Part shown: positions 1 to 14,367 of the stretch, in pieces
Position numbering within the stretch: the first letter of the stretch is position 1
Layout: the number at the start of each line of letters is the position of its first letter
From: the human T2T-CHM13v2.0 reference genome, Homo sapiens
Length of the DNA stretch: 64,000 nucleotides
Assembly (NCBI RefSeq): GCF_009914755.1
Contig: NC_060939.1
Direction: 5' to 3' (one strand)
Program-made: the position numbers and the translations under genes
Notes under the pieces: generated by a model
Told to the model about the DNA's origin: nothing
The model's database searches: none
What the model saw: only the letters and a program-made list of their open reading frames with translations

Positions 1-2
1 TA

Positions 3-558
<556 letters not shown>

Positions 559-892
559 TTATAACTGAATAAAGCTGTTAAAAAATACAAAAGAGCCCAG
601 TACAGTGCCTGTATCTCTCAGGCAGTTATTAGGAGTCCTGTTCACACAGAAGGACAGCGCTGTGAGTTTACCTGATCATAAATACAAGAATCAGCAACAT
701 ACTTTCTTCTAAAATTTTCATTCCAGCATGTATAAATCGCATGAGAGCACACCATAATTCTTCTGTGTCTTTAGAGTCATAATGCAGTTAACATGGCACT
801 ACAACCTCTAATTGTGTTGGCACAATTAAATAAATCTATAAGGTTGCTGTAACCTACAGAAAAATCTCAGAGAAGATACAAATCTGTGTTAC

Positions 893-1118
893 CTAAATAG
901 GAAGCACCTAAAGGGTCTCTTGCAGTCTGGAAGAGGACGGGCTCGTGGACAGAGGGCGTGGCCACATCCACAGTTGTCCACGCCACACTGTGGGACGACC
1001 CACAAGCCACGCGTGTGATCTTCTGGCCTTCTAAGCCTTGCACGAGTGTGGGCTTCCTGTTAACCGTGGTCGTGCCATTGCCCTGCTGGCCGTGGTCGTT
1101 GTCACCCCAAGCATACAC
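893..1118 (-). CDS. HERC2: HERC2 window exon 40/40 (end of RLD2)
   Basis: [13 protein letters not shown]...[11 protein letters not shown]...GASYL|gtaaca; 226 nt. Confidence 0.94.
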
Positions 1119-2009
1119 CTGTTTACGAGGAGAAAAAAGCTTATAATTTTTCAACATTTCAGGACATTTTCTTTAATGTAATTTTTACTTCAAAATGCTT
1201 AACGCGTATGCCACGGTAGTTGAAAGAATTGAGTTCTTAAAGGTAAAAACAAACCATTTCACAATCTTTCAAAATGGCATCAGCGTACTACAATTCTGAA
1301 GAAAATCTAACCATGAAAATGCTTGCTAATACCTATAAAAGGAGTATTTTCTTAATATTAATCCAATTCTGCTTTGTTGCAAGACACACAGAAGGTCCTC
1401 TCTCTAACTAAGTGTAATAATTTTTTCCCTTTTATTTTGCAAAGAAAAATGACCAAAAACAGTATGCTCATTTTTCAAGTAAGTTGCTTCTTGGCCTTAT
1501 AGAATTATAAAGTAAAATTCATTCTGACTAAAATACAGTAATGGTAATTTTGTTTCCATAAATAAAATTTAAAATTGAATATCCATAAGCCAGTCATAGC
1601 GTATGCTTCTCCAAGCAGAAGAGAGTGTAACACTTGTCAGGCACTAGCTCTGTCTCTAAAATGAGGCATGGATCCCTCCTCGCCAGTTACCAATTCTCTA
1701 AAGGAAAGTCTTGCTAATATCTTGCACTAGGAGCATCTTCAAGAATAACAGTCTTTCCACACACTTTTCACGTGGACTTCAGAGTGGGAACGCCTCTTTT
1801 CTGAGGACCCCGCCCCCAACCCCTGCTGCAAAGCAGGCAGATACACCAGTGGGCAAAAGGAACAGGACCCGCCCTCATGGTTCTCCAAGCAGTAAGACTC
1901 AGCTGATTTCATCAACAGCTGTGATTTCAACAGGACGAAGGCCGTGTCATGACCCCCACGTCCCCCAAGTCAGGATGGCACGCCACCCCCAGGCCACCTG
2001 CAGCCTTAC

Positions 2010-2154
2010 CTGCCCCGAGTCCGTGACCGCCAGGCAGTGCAGGGCCCCGACAGCCACATGCACGATCTTCTTCCCTCTCAGCCCTTCCACCACCTGTGGT
2101 TTCCGCACGTGCACGTCAGAGCCGTGGCCCAATCTGAAGTAATCCCCCTTTCCC
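2010..2154 (-). CDS. HERC2: HERC2 window exon 39/40 (RLD2)
   Basis: (W)[11 protein letters not shown]...[16 protein letters not shown]|gtaagg; 145 nt. Confidence 0.94.
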
Positions 2155-2925
2155 CTGAGAGAAGGCCCATGGTGGAGAGTTACAATACGGTTATGGTCTG
2201 ACAATGCTATACAAGAAGACACTCATTGTCTCACATCTTTCACAGCCAGCTCAATGACATCACACACAGCACCCAAGGTCTTCAAACTTGTATTCAAAAT
2301 CATACACCATTAATTCAAATTAACTTATTAAGCCAGCTGGGAAAAACCTTAATACCTTAATACATATTTTATGATATTTAAGTTACTGTTGTAGGTTTTC
2401 ATATAAAGAGACTGAAAATAAGACACACTACTGCAAACACCTATCCAAAGTCCTATCTGGTATACATCTTTCTCAAGCTGCCTCGGGTCATGACATTGGC
2501 ACTAAGGCCTGACACACCATCCACAGCCAGTCCAGGCACCTGCTCTTTTGCATATTAATAAAATAAGCTTTTACAAGAAACACATGTTAACTTTTTCAGG
2601 ATCAAAGGATTCAGAAGGCTATTTTGCTCCATTTTATCCTTAGGCTTCAGCAGAAGAAACCGTTCCCATAAATCTCACCCAAACAGGAAAGGTAAGTGGC
2701 CTAAAATTTTTCTAGTATTTTCAAAATGACCCAGTTACAATGGGAAATTTCTTCTTGTACTATTGTCACTAATCCCAACTCAATATCCTTTAAAGGACAA
2801 AGATGCATGCATAAGTAAAAAGAGGACACGTCACAATCACGCCGGGTGAGCCTGGGGCGAGGCCCAGGTTCCCTGCACACACCTGCACAAGCACACACAG
2901 TGTGACAGGGAGGACGTTTACGTAC

Positions 2926-3097
2926 CATGTCCACACCACTCCAGACTTGGTGAGCGCCAGGGAGAACTGAGCTCCACACTCAATCTGGCACACCCCCTGT
3001 CCATTTAGTCTCTCAATGTTCTGGGGAATGTTACAGCCTTCACTTCCGCCCCGGCCCAGTTTTCCAAAGTCACCATCACCCCAGGAAAATACCAAAC
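2926..3097 (-). CDS. HERC2: HERC2 window exon 38/40 (RLD2)
   Basis: (G)[16 protein letters not shown]...VVWT|gtacgt; 172 nt. Confidence 0.94.
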
Positions 3098-3184
3098 CTA
3101 GGTTTAAGAAACACATATACTTCAGGCCAGCGTTTCATATCATTCCTACCCACCCAGAAGCACAGAATCCTGCCAGCCACTCAC

Positions 3185-3266
3185 CTTCATCGGTCAGAGC
3201 CAGGGTCTGCGCGTCTCTACTCCCACATGCAACCTGGATTACTCTGTGACCGAGAAGGACTTTCAC
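3185..3266 (-). CDS. HERC2: HERC2 window exon 37/40 (RLD2)
   Basis: [27 protein letters not shown]|gtgagt; 82 nt. Confidence 0.93.
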
Positions 3267-3405
3267 CTACTCAATTACAAATTTAAAAACAGAATCACGC
3301 ACAGGCACGGAGAAAGCAATGGATTTTCCCACAGATAAAGCCAACCATGCACACATCTTTATGAACTTTCCTAGACTTGAAGCTTATTTTCTCTTGACAT
3401 CTTCA

Positions 3406-3714
<309 letters not shown>

Positions 3715-3916
3715 TCAACACAGGATCCACAGATCAACTATCAAAACTTAAAGCAGAACCGGTGAGACCAAAACACAAACAACCGTGTTAAAAAAATTTT
3801 GTTTAAGAACCATTTCTATAATCTATTCTATTCTAATTTTCTGCAAAATAATTCTCAAGAGTATCAGTCAGAAACAGTTTCTTATTAGCAAATGAGACTA
3901 AAAAAAGTACCCTTAC

Positions 3917-4007
3917 ATTCTGCTGAAGTGTCCAAGTTTTCCATCGTCACCTTCGCCCCACGAAAACACTTTTCCATCGACAGTTAAAGCCGTCGCGTGC
4001 CGGCCAC
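3917..4007 (-). CDS. HERC2: HERC2 window exon 35/40 (RLD2)
   Basis: (G)[29 protein letters not shown]|gtaagg; 91 nt. Confidence 0.93.
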
Positions 4008-5384
4008 CTGCAACATTCACAGACACACGGATTGCCAAAGGGCAGGGAACAGAAAGCCCACAGCATAGCTAGCTCCCTATTTTGCCTGGCATATAGCACA
4101 CACTCAATGAGCGTGAGCTGAATAAATGAGTAACTCAACAGGATCAACAGCGGAGTTAGCAGGAAAGCTTCCTGGGACATATGTGCCAAATAGGTGAATT
4201 TTCACTAAACTACAAATTTTAACTCTAGAAAGAATTTGCAAAGAGGCAAAATAATACTGATTATTAATGGGGTTCCTATTATGTTAAATACACGAAAAAT
4301 CAAAATTTAGATGAAAAAAGTAAAAATAATTTGTGATTAGACAAAATGTAAAAATAGTGTCAATTTAAGTTTTTGAGAACTGTACCTCAACAGTGAAATT
4401 ATTCAATCATTTGCGATTAATGCAATATATTCACTCTTCCCAAAACACGTCAGCTTATGCTCTTTCCCCAGCATGGAATATTCTCAAAGTCCATACAACC
4501 TGCCTCAGGATTAAAGGCATGACCACTCCTATACAGTGAGTTCCTGCCAACTCCTGGGCTTTGAGAACATCACAGCAGACCCTGCTTCTTCCCCCAACCC
4601 TCATTCTCCCCCTTCCTTACCAACAGAACCCCCATGTTAAAGTGCTCAGCTAATTCCCAGCCTCCTCTGCCCCCAGGAGATGGTGACTGAAATGAGTGGG
4701 GCTTCCGAGGGGCTCTGGAGAGGGGGCTGCGTGGGCAGGAGGGCACACTGTGTGGTGCTTGCCTCTTCTGCCAGGCCTGGCCCTGGACTCTGGGGGCGAG
4801 AGCTAGTCTAAGACCATCTTCCCACAAAGGTGGACACAAAGGACCAGCACTCCTCATAGACACAGCCCTGCTGGACAGACTCTGACCCCACCTCTGGACT
4901 TTTACAAAGGAGAAAAGTAAAACTCTATATTGCTTAAGCCACCATCATTTGGATTTCCTGTTATGCAAGTTACACTGAGCCCCGTTCAGCATAGGCATGA
5001 ACTGAATTAGAACTTTGTGTCTAATTCAGTTCCATTCCTCAGAGGCCTAGCACGGTGCCTCCAAAATAAACACTCCCTACACTGAAAGAGTGGTTTCATT
5101 TTCTTTTAAAGGATCTTTCTCATTACTTGGGTTCATAGATGGTTTTGGGAATCTGAAGAAAGTTATAGACTCTTTCTCAGAAAAACAGCCTACTTTTAGG
5201 CAAAGAACTTGATTTAGCAGCAATAACTAAATTCTAGACCACCTAGAGATTTACATTATCCAATTTTTATTCCTACTAAGTAAAAACTTAAGAAAGAATG
5301 TAAGGACACCAATTAGGGCTTTGGTTAACAACGGAGCAGGAGCAAAGGCCGCCCCGCACAGGCCTCCTGGTGCTTGGCTTGTAC

Positions 5385-5528
5385 CTGAGTGAACAGCCAC
5401 CTTCTTGACCACGTAGCTGCTGAGAGCTGTGATCTGCCGTGGGATGGGCACCGTCCCGCTGGAAATGCCCAGCCCCAGCCGGCCATTCGTGGCTTCTCCA
5501 CAGGCATACACCTTCCCTTCCACAGTCA
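5385..5528 (-). CDS. HERC2: HERC2 window exon 34/40 (RLD2)
   Basis: (V)[18 protein letters not shown]...AVHS|gtacaa; 144 nt. Confidence 0.93.
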
Positions 5529-5639
5529 CTGCAAGGAACGACAGCCAGGAGAGGACTCTCTTTTCACAACATTAAAAACTTTTTTGTTTTTTGGTGCCAA
5601 GCATAATTTAAAAATTTTTTAAGATTAGAATAATCATAC

Positions 5640-5721
5640 CTGCAAACAAACTTTTAGATCCACCAGCCACCTGTACCACATTCAAAGCTGACAGTGTCTC
5701 AGAGAACGAAGGAACCTTTAT
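5640..5721 (-). CDS. HERC2: HERC2 window exon 33/40 (RLD2)
   Basis: IKVPSFSETL...VAGGSKSLFA|gtatga; 82 nt. Confidence 0.92.
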
Positions 5722-5815
5722 CTACAACAGAATTTTTTTAACAAAAAAAAAAGAAAAGAAAATTTTACTTGCATGTTTAAAATTATGTTACCTTATTATA
5801 TGATACAAGGAATTA

Positions 5816-6909
5816 CAGTTATGCACTGTGTAACATTTCACTCAACCACAGGCTACATATACGATGGCAGTCCCAGTAGATTATAATGGAGCTGAAAAAT
5901 CCTTACTGCCTAGTGGTGTCCTGGCCGTGACAACGTCACAGCACAACCTATTCCTCATGTGTCTGTGGTGATGCTGGTGTCAACAAGCCTCTGTGCTGCC
6001 AGCTACATATCAACAATCCCTAATACCTCACCATGATAACAGACTACTGCTACTGGGCTATATATTCACTCTCCTGTACTTTCTATCATTCTTTTAGAGT
6101 GTATTCCTTCTACTTTTTTGTTTTTTAAGCTAACTGTAAAAAGCCTGCGGCTGGTGCTTCAGGAGGGATTCCAGAAGGCACTGCTGTCACAGGAAAGGAC
6201 AGCTAGCTCCTTTGTGGGGGTGAAAGAGAGCAACACTATGATCCTAGCTAGGCTAATGTATGTGTTTGGGTCTTAGTTTTTAACAAACACGTTAAAAAGT
6301 AAAAGAATAAATGTTAAAGATAGAAAAAAGCTTACAGCATAAGAATGTAAAGAAAACATTTTGTGCAGAGCTGTGTTTGTGTTTTAAGCTAAGTATTATT
6401 ACAAGAGTCAAAAAGTTTTTTAAAAAGTGAAAAGTTCATAAAGTTACAAATAATTTATTATTAAAGAAAGAAAAATATTTTGCATAGAGTCACCTAAGCA
6501 TATAGTGTTTCTAAAGTCTACAGTAACATGCAGTGATGTCCTGGCCTTCACGTTCACTCACCACTCTCTCACTGACTCGCCCAGAGCAACTTCCAGTCCT
6601 GCAAACTCCATTATTCATGGTAAGTGCCCTATGCAGGTGTTCCATGTTTTATCTTTTACAATGTATTTTTACCGTACCTTTTCGATGTTTAAATACACAC
6701 ATGCCACTGAGTTACAACTGCCTACCATATTCAGTACAGTTCCATGTTGTAGCCTAGAAGCAACAGGCTATACCATATAGCCTGAGTGTGTAGTAGGCTA
6801 CACCATCTACCTTTGTGTTAAGTACACTCTATCATTTTCCAACAATGACAAAATCACCCAACCAAAACTTTCTCAGAATATATCCCCATCATTAAGTAAT
6901 GCATGACTG
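5816..6909 (+). mobile_element. Tigger3-family (MER7/Golem) DNA transposon relic, ~1.1 kb
   Basis: TA|CAGTTATGC...GCATGACTG|TA terminal inverted repeats with TA TSD; internal GATTATAATGGAGCTGAAAAAT matches recalled Tigger3 consensus. Confidence 0.8.
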
Positions 6910-7169
6910 TACTACTAATATGTATGGTTACATTAACCAAAGGCATTGGTTATCCCTTAGAGATTCACACTGGAGTATTTTAAGAATGAAATGATACACT
7001 GTGATTGACTTTAAACCAGAGTTGGGGGAATGGGAGGATAAAGACAGAAAAACGTAGACAGCTGCTGGTAACTATGGAAGCTGTACCAGGGACATGAGGG
7101 TTCATGAAGCTATTCACTCTATGTGGGTACATCTGAACAGTTCCATAGTAGAAAGTGAAAAATAAAATA

Positions 7170-7496
7170 CAGTTGGTCCTCTGTATCCATAGGTTCCACG
7201 TCCATGAATTCAACCACCCATGGATTGAAAATATTTTTTATTGCACGTGTACTAAATATGTACAGATATTTTTGTTGCCATTATTCCCTAAACAATGTAA
7301 TATAACAACTATTGACATACCATTTACATTGTATTAGGTATTCTGAGTAATCTGAAGATGATATACAGTATTTGGGAGGGTGTACATAGGTTATATGCAA
7401 ACACTACACTGTTTTATATCAGGGACTTGAGCATCCACAGATCTTGGTATCCACAGGAAGTCCTGGAACAAATCCACGGATACTGAGGGATGACTA
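7170..7496 (+). mobile_element. MER2 DNA transposon relic
   Basis: CAGTTGGTCCTCTGTATCC...GGATACTGAGGGATGACT inverted termini. Confidence 0.75.
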
Positions 7497-8898
7497 TGCA
7501 TATAATGTAAAGATAAAAACACACACCTGTAGACTATGCCTTATTTCAAGTCATGTCCTGCTCACTCTCTGATTCTGACTCTGACATCTCTAAGAAATCA
7601 TATGCTTAAATTTCCCATTGTAGATGGATGTAATTTAAAATTCCTAGGGCCCTTTGTCTAAAAAACCTTTATGATTCCCTGGGTGAAATAGTCACTACTG
7701 CAGCGGAAGAAAGGATTTTCATCACAACCGTGGAACACCGACTCTGTCCTTGAAGTGAAAACTCCATGTAAGGCAGTGAGCAAGGTCATAGGCTCCCACC
7801 AATGGCCTGCACCTCAGGGACCTCTGGACAGCCCTGCATTCCCGCAGCTGAGACACTCACAGCTCACTGCCCACTGTCCACTTCCCAAACCAAGCTCAGG
7901 TACACTGAAACACAAATGCAATTCAAGACTGCTCCAATACAGATAAAAACTAATTGCACCTTGAAAGGAAAGAGTTCAAATGAATGAGTTCTAACTTTAT
8001 TTCTCAGTTTCTCAATAGGGCAGGCAATAAAGAAAACGTATGATGTGATGTCTCACAGAATACTAACAGGAAGCATAAGCTCACGTGAACACAGAGAGTG
8101 CCTCTGGGCAATAAAATTTAGAGGAATTTGCTTTGTGGCTCCTCAGCCAGGAGACACTAAGTAATACAAGGAATGCTGAATTCAACTCCAATTCAAATGC
8201 ATCATTTCTTACACCTATTCTTTTCAAAATATGGTCTTTTTCTCCTAAGCAACTCAAAATACAAATTAACCTCTCATCCAAGTACCTAGGGGATGAAGGA
8301 CGTTGTGAACACAGAGGCTATGGCACGGCTTCCCGTGCAAGCTTCATGGTTTACTGACAAGGTGAATGAGATCATGGCGCTCTCCACCCACAACAAGCCC
8401 TGCAGAGAATAAGGCAAGTGTGTATGCGCACACATGTGCATTCTGCTTGTTTCTCTGTGCTCGCAAAGCGTTCTCTCTCTGTGCAAGCTACTTCACCCTG
8501 AAGAATCTCAGGCGCGAAGCACCTGGAGGACAGAGACAACAATTTGCTCATCTGTGGGCCACTACAGCCTTTTTACACATTATTTTGTTCATGATAGTCA
8601 AAAATGTTTATTGTAGGGAAGGCAAGATACACCTATTGACAGTCTATAATTTTCATTTATGCACTTGTCAAATCTTTTCAAAAGTTCATTTTCTAGTTTA
8701 CAAGACCGCAATAAGACAATTATACCTAAAGTGAAATTTTTCAAGGAGAGACGCTTCTGAGGGGTAATTTGATAATGTCTTTTAGTTCGTGTAAAGAAAC
8801 AATACAACATATAGAGAGTAAAGTTATTATAGAAACTTCACGAGGTGTGGCTGCTGCCGAGTGCCCCACCCTGCTGGGTCCCAGGGAGCAGGCCGTAC

Positions 8899-9010
8899 CT
8901 TGGAGCCTTTCAGCCCGCCCAGCTGGTCCTTGTCATTCAGGCCCCACACAAACACCTTGGTTCTTATCGTAGCTGCTGATTCCAGCCCAGCAGCCTTCTT
9001 TCTAATGAGG
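8899..9010 (-). CDS. HERC2: HERC2 window exon 32/40 (start of RLD2)
   Basis: (S)LIRKKAAG...KVFVWGLNDKDQLGGLKGSK|gtacgg; 112 nt. Confidence 0.92.
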
Positions 9011-9703
9011 CTAACCAAACGGAAAAAAAAAAGAAAAAGAAAAGAGAGGTTATTCAGCATAAAACATTTAAAAAATAAAAAGAAAAGCAACCTCAAGCAC
9101 TCAAAGTTTTATGGTTACTTTCAGAAACTCTTAAAATTTTGCTTTAATAGAAAAAAACCTCAAGCATGTACAGGAGTAAGTCCTCTGGAGGGTCAAATTT
9201 TCTAGATACAACCATGCCACCTTTTAATACTAGCACTTAATTTCAGCCTTTATTTTTGGTGGAAAACGATGATACACCAGGCCTTCTCTTTCATCTTAAA
9301 TACCAACGTGAACATGGGTGGGAATCATTCCAAGCCAAGGAAACAGACGCACAGCTGCTACAAATGGCACTGTAGAGACACTGAGGAAACCTGCCCAGGA
9401 GCCACGCTGGGTCTGGCCTTGCAGCACTATCCCCAAATCTAGACAGCTGTTTGGCCAATTATTTTCCCACAGAAAGAATAAAACGGATGTGGCCACATGA
9501 CCATGGAGTTACTTTAACACAGACACATGTCCCAATGTAAAATGCTTCTCTCTTCCTTTATACCCTCTGCCCAGGACACCGGCCAGAGGAACCTGATCAT
9601 CGGCCAGCTAAGCTGAAAGTCCTCGTCTCCTGTCCTTCCCAGAGGGCTTGCTCCTTCCACCTTGCTCATCTATCTCCTGACCTGCCCTCAACAGGTTAGG
9701 AGT

Positions 9704-10008
9704 TTATTTATTTTTTGTTTGTTTTGAGACAGGGTCATGCTCTGTCACTCAGGCTGGAATACAGTGGCATAATCCCGGTTCACTGTAGCTTCAACCTCCC
9801 AGGCTCAAGCAATCCTTCCACCTCAGCCTCCCGAACAGCTGGCACTATAGGCCTGCACCATCATGCCCAGCTAATTTTTGCATTTTTTTTTGTAGAGACG
9901 GGGTCTCACTATATCGTCAAGGCTGGTCTTGAACTCCTGGGCTCAAGTGATCCTCCCTGCTCAGCCTCCTAAAGTGCTGGGATTACAGGTGGGAGCCACC
10001 ACACCCAG
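9704..10008 (-). mobile_element. Alu (J-like)
   Basis: Reverse Alu dimer with T tail. Confidence 0.9.
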
Positions 10009-10318
10009 CAGGTTAGAAGTTTAATCAACAGCATCCAAAACACTCCAATTCTTGCAACTTGAAAAGAGTACACAGGACAGTGTTAGATTTTCTTGGCTGA
10101 TGGTCTGATGCCAGGTGCTAAGGAATTGCTGCTTCTGTGTTTGGGGTTTTCACCTTTGTGTTTGCTTTTGCTCTATTTTTATAAGCTAGGATAGATGCCC
10201 AAAGGCACCAGACGGCTTCCAGACAGGTATCACTTTTTTCACACATTATATACTAATAAATATTTACTTTAAGGGTTCAAAATTTCATGTTTTGGAATAA
10301 AAGTGGAAAACTCTTTCA

Positions 10319-10692
<374 letters not shown>

Positions 10693-11077
10693 TATATATA
10701 TATTTTCCATACACACATATATATACACACATATATGTATGCATGTATGTATGGGAAACCAGGACTGATATTCAAGATATTTAATGTCTGGCACCATGTA
10801 AGTATCAATCAGCCAGAGTGGAGGCCAGCTGTACGTGGTCAGTGTGGGAACATCCCAGTTGGGTGGCAGCCCTGTAGGAGGAGACTGCCTGGGCCACTGA
10901 CTCATTCTGAAGTTATTAGCTAATTAATAAGATCTTACCAGAACAAAACCCATTACAATCAAGTATCTAGCTTTTCTTTCGACAATATATTCAATTACAC
11001 AAAAATCTGATCAATGAGTAAAGCTCAAAACATTTTTGGTTATTCCACATATACAATATATGTATTAATAATTTTAT

Positions 11078-11378
11078 GGCCAGGCGCAGTGGCTCACGCC
11101 TATAATCCCAGCACTTTGGGAGGCTGAGGCAGGCGGATTACGAGGTCAGGAGATCGAGATCATCCTGGCTAACACGGTGAAAGCCCGTCTCTACTAAAAA
11201 TACAAAAAAATTAGCCGGGCATGGCGGCGTGCACCTGTAGTCCCAGCTACTCAGGAGGCTGAGGCAGGAGAATGGCGTGAACCCAGGAAGCGGAGCTTGC
11301 AGTGAGCCGAGATTGCACCACTGCACTCCAGCCTAGGTGACGGAGCAAGACTCCGTCTCAAAAAATAAATAAATAATA
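11078..11378 (+). mobile_element. AluY
   Basis: ATCCTGGCTAACACGG, GAATGGCGTGAACC diagnostics; TSD TAATAATTTTAT. Confidence 0.9.
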
Positions 11379-11433
11379 ATTTTATTTGTCCAATTCATTT
11401 TAGTAGCTACTGAGTAAGAAAATGCTAATCTAT

Positions 11434-11693
11434 TGTAGGGGCAACCCACCCCTACATCTGGTGCCCCTGTGGGTGTTTCTCGTAAGGTGGGACGAGAGAT
11501 TTGGAAAAGAAAAAGACACAGAGACAAAGTATAGAGAAAGAAATAAGGGGACCCGGGGAACCAGCGTTCAGCATATGGAGGATCCCCTTATTTCTTTCTC
11601 TATACTTTGTCTCTGTGTCTTTTTCTTTTCCAAATCTCTCGTCCCACCTTACGAGAAACACCCACAGGTGTGTAGGGGCAACCCACCCCTACA
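11434..11693. mobile_element. Aberrant HERV-K(HML-2) LTR5_Hs-derived mini-insertion (U5 + partial PBS, internally inverted)
   Basis: Matches recalled LTR5_Hs 3' end (...GAGAAACACCCACAGGTGTGTAGGGGCAACCCACCCCTACA); TG...CA termini; 6-bp TSD ATCTAT at 11428-11433 and 11694-11699; perfect 86-bp inverted arms 11466-11551 and 11583-11668. Confidence 0.88.
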
Positions 11694-13311
11694 ATCTATA
11701 ATCCTTTTATTAAAAATCCCAATGACTTCCTTATTTAAGTGAACTGGTATTGTCCCTATTTAATTAATATCTACAGATGCAATCAGTTTGAACTACAGCA
11801 TATAGTATAACATATATTCTAGATAAGGTAATGTTATAGATACTATTTTCTTTTCAACTTCTACACAAAGTTTCTGAAATAAAACAGGACAGAATCCAAA
11901 GCCAAGATCACAGAGCCCTAGAATAACCTGATTTATTACCAGAACTACTACCCCCCACTTCTGTCTATATAACGTGCTCAACAGCGGCACAGGGCAGTGC
12001 TCTGTTGTCTCCTCATGTCACACGCTGCAGAGTACTTAGAGCACAGGGTGTCTTGGTCAACAGAGTTCAGCCAGCACTGGCGGCTTGCCTCCTGTGCCTG
12101 TCTGGAGGGCCCCGGTCACACTAGCAATCCAAAGCGCCTTGGGAATGTTAACAACATATCCATTTATTTTGCATACCCTTTGACTTAGCAATTTCACTTT
12201 CAGCAATTTATCTAGGAAAATACAACTTCTATGAGGACACTGATTATCCTCCATTGTTATTATCCACTATTATCCACTGTTTGCTGCTGGGATGGTAAAC
12301 AAGGCTTAGAGCAGCCCCTGCAAATGCAAGTTCTAGATACATGCCCTGGGAAATGCACAAGCATGCAAAAACTTCGCAGATATCATTCTCCTCTGGTATG
12401 CTGTCTTCCCTATCAGAAACGCCCTTGCCTGTCCACTTTGTTTCAGTAATTCTGACTTCTGTACGTATGGCCTGGGGGGAAGTTTTCCTTGTCCTGACAG
12501 ATCAATGCTCCAATGCAGACTCTCAAGGCTGTATGCACTTCTTCCTGCCTCTTACCAAAGGCCTAATAGCACACTGATGCATGTGTTTGTCTTGTTTTAT
12601 TTTGCATGTTCATCACAGTGTTCCCAGTACACATAACTGGGAATGGCCCACAGTAGGCATTCAAAAGATGTTGAATGAATAAATACAACAACAGTCATCA
12701 TCACAGTGCTCAGATAAAATAAGGAATTGAGTGAGTAAATGAGAACAGTCATAAGATGAAATACTGCACTCAAAAATTACAGGACTGAAGACTAATCATA
12801 TGGAAATTCTAGCGATGGACAATAGTGATGGTTGCACAAAAATATGAATGTACTTAATGCCACTGAACTGTACACTTAAAATGGTAAACAATATATATAT
12901 TTCACCATAATAAAAAATAAATACATTTTTTGAAGTTAATGATAAAATACTTAACAAAAAGAGCTTTAAAATATACCATACAACTTCCATAGGACAATAA
13001 ATTTAGTAACAGAAAAAAAGGAAAACTACAAAGATATATACCAAAATAGTCACAGTGATATTTTAGGTAGAGATATTAAACATTTTCATTTCCCTCTTTT
13101 AATGGTATTTTTCTAAATATAATGTGTTTCTACATTAAACACTTTATTTTTTAAAAAATACAATTTTTGGAAACAACTGTAATTTACCAATCGTGTGGAC
13201 ATAAAATGACTCTCAGTATGAGACACATTCTAATTAAATGTTTCCTTTCGAAAGTGAGGATCCAGGAATGTAGCGGGAGGTAAGTGAGCACCTGTAACAA
13301 ATGGTTCTCAC

Positions 13312-13487
13312 CTTCCGCTGTTGCCTTTCTCATCCTCCTCCTCTTCATTATCCGAAGCTAAGAAAGGAACTGCAGCCAAATCTTCCTCTTCTGCACGGAT
13401 CCGTCCCAGCAGGATGAGACCATGGATTTTACAATCGATTCCTGAGCTCCTGCACTGCTTTATAGCAATTTCAATATACCTGTGATA
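13312..13487 (-). CDS. HERC2: HERC2 window exon 31/40 (DOC end, acidic linker)
   Basis: YHRYIEIAIKQCRSSGIDCKIHG...SDNEEEEDEKGNSG|gtgaga; 176 nt, phase 0-2. Confidence 0.92.
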
Positions 13488-14004
13488 CTAGACACAAAAA
13501 CCATGATCTATAGACTCTGTAGAATCAAGCATATTAGATCCTCTAACTGGAGAACGGGATGTGTGAGACACGAACATGTACACACGGTTAGAGCTCCTTT
13601 ACTTCAGTTCTGGAAATATCAACTGAGTTACTCAAAGTTAATGCAGCCACATCTGAGTAATGTTTACTTCAAAAGAAGTGGTCAACTCATCAAGATGTCT
13701 ACCTGAGGCATGAGACACTCACTGATTTTCTTCCTAAAATTTTTAAATAGGATAACAGCCTTACTGAATGACTGCAAACTCTTCCGTCTTAGAGCTTTCT
13801 TGAACCAAGATGCTTTAACTAAGGAAGATATTAAATGTCAGGTAGTAACAGACCTTTCATCGTTTTTAAAACATAAAACATATTTGAATATACACAAATC
13901 AGAACAAATAGTACAAAGAACTCCATGACTCCATGACCCAGCTCAACAGTTACCAACATGTGACCAATCTTGTTCAGATATGGATTATCATTAAAAAATT
14001 CTAG

Positions 14005-14367
<363 letters not shown>

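Noticed and set aside
11457-11466. tRNA-complementary sequence
   Set aside because: Only a partial retroviral primer-binding site, not a tRNA gene
13275-13287. Perfect plus-strand donor GAG|GTAAGT suggesting an antisense exon
   Set aside because: Isolated motif with no supporting acceptor or ORF; expected by chance in 64 kb
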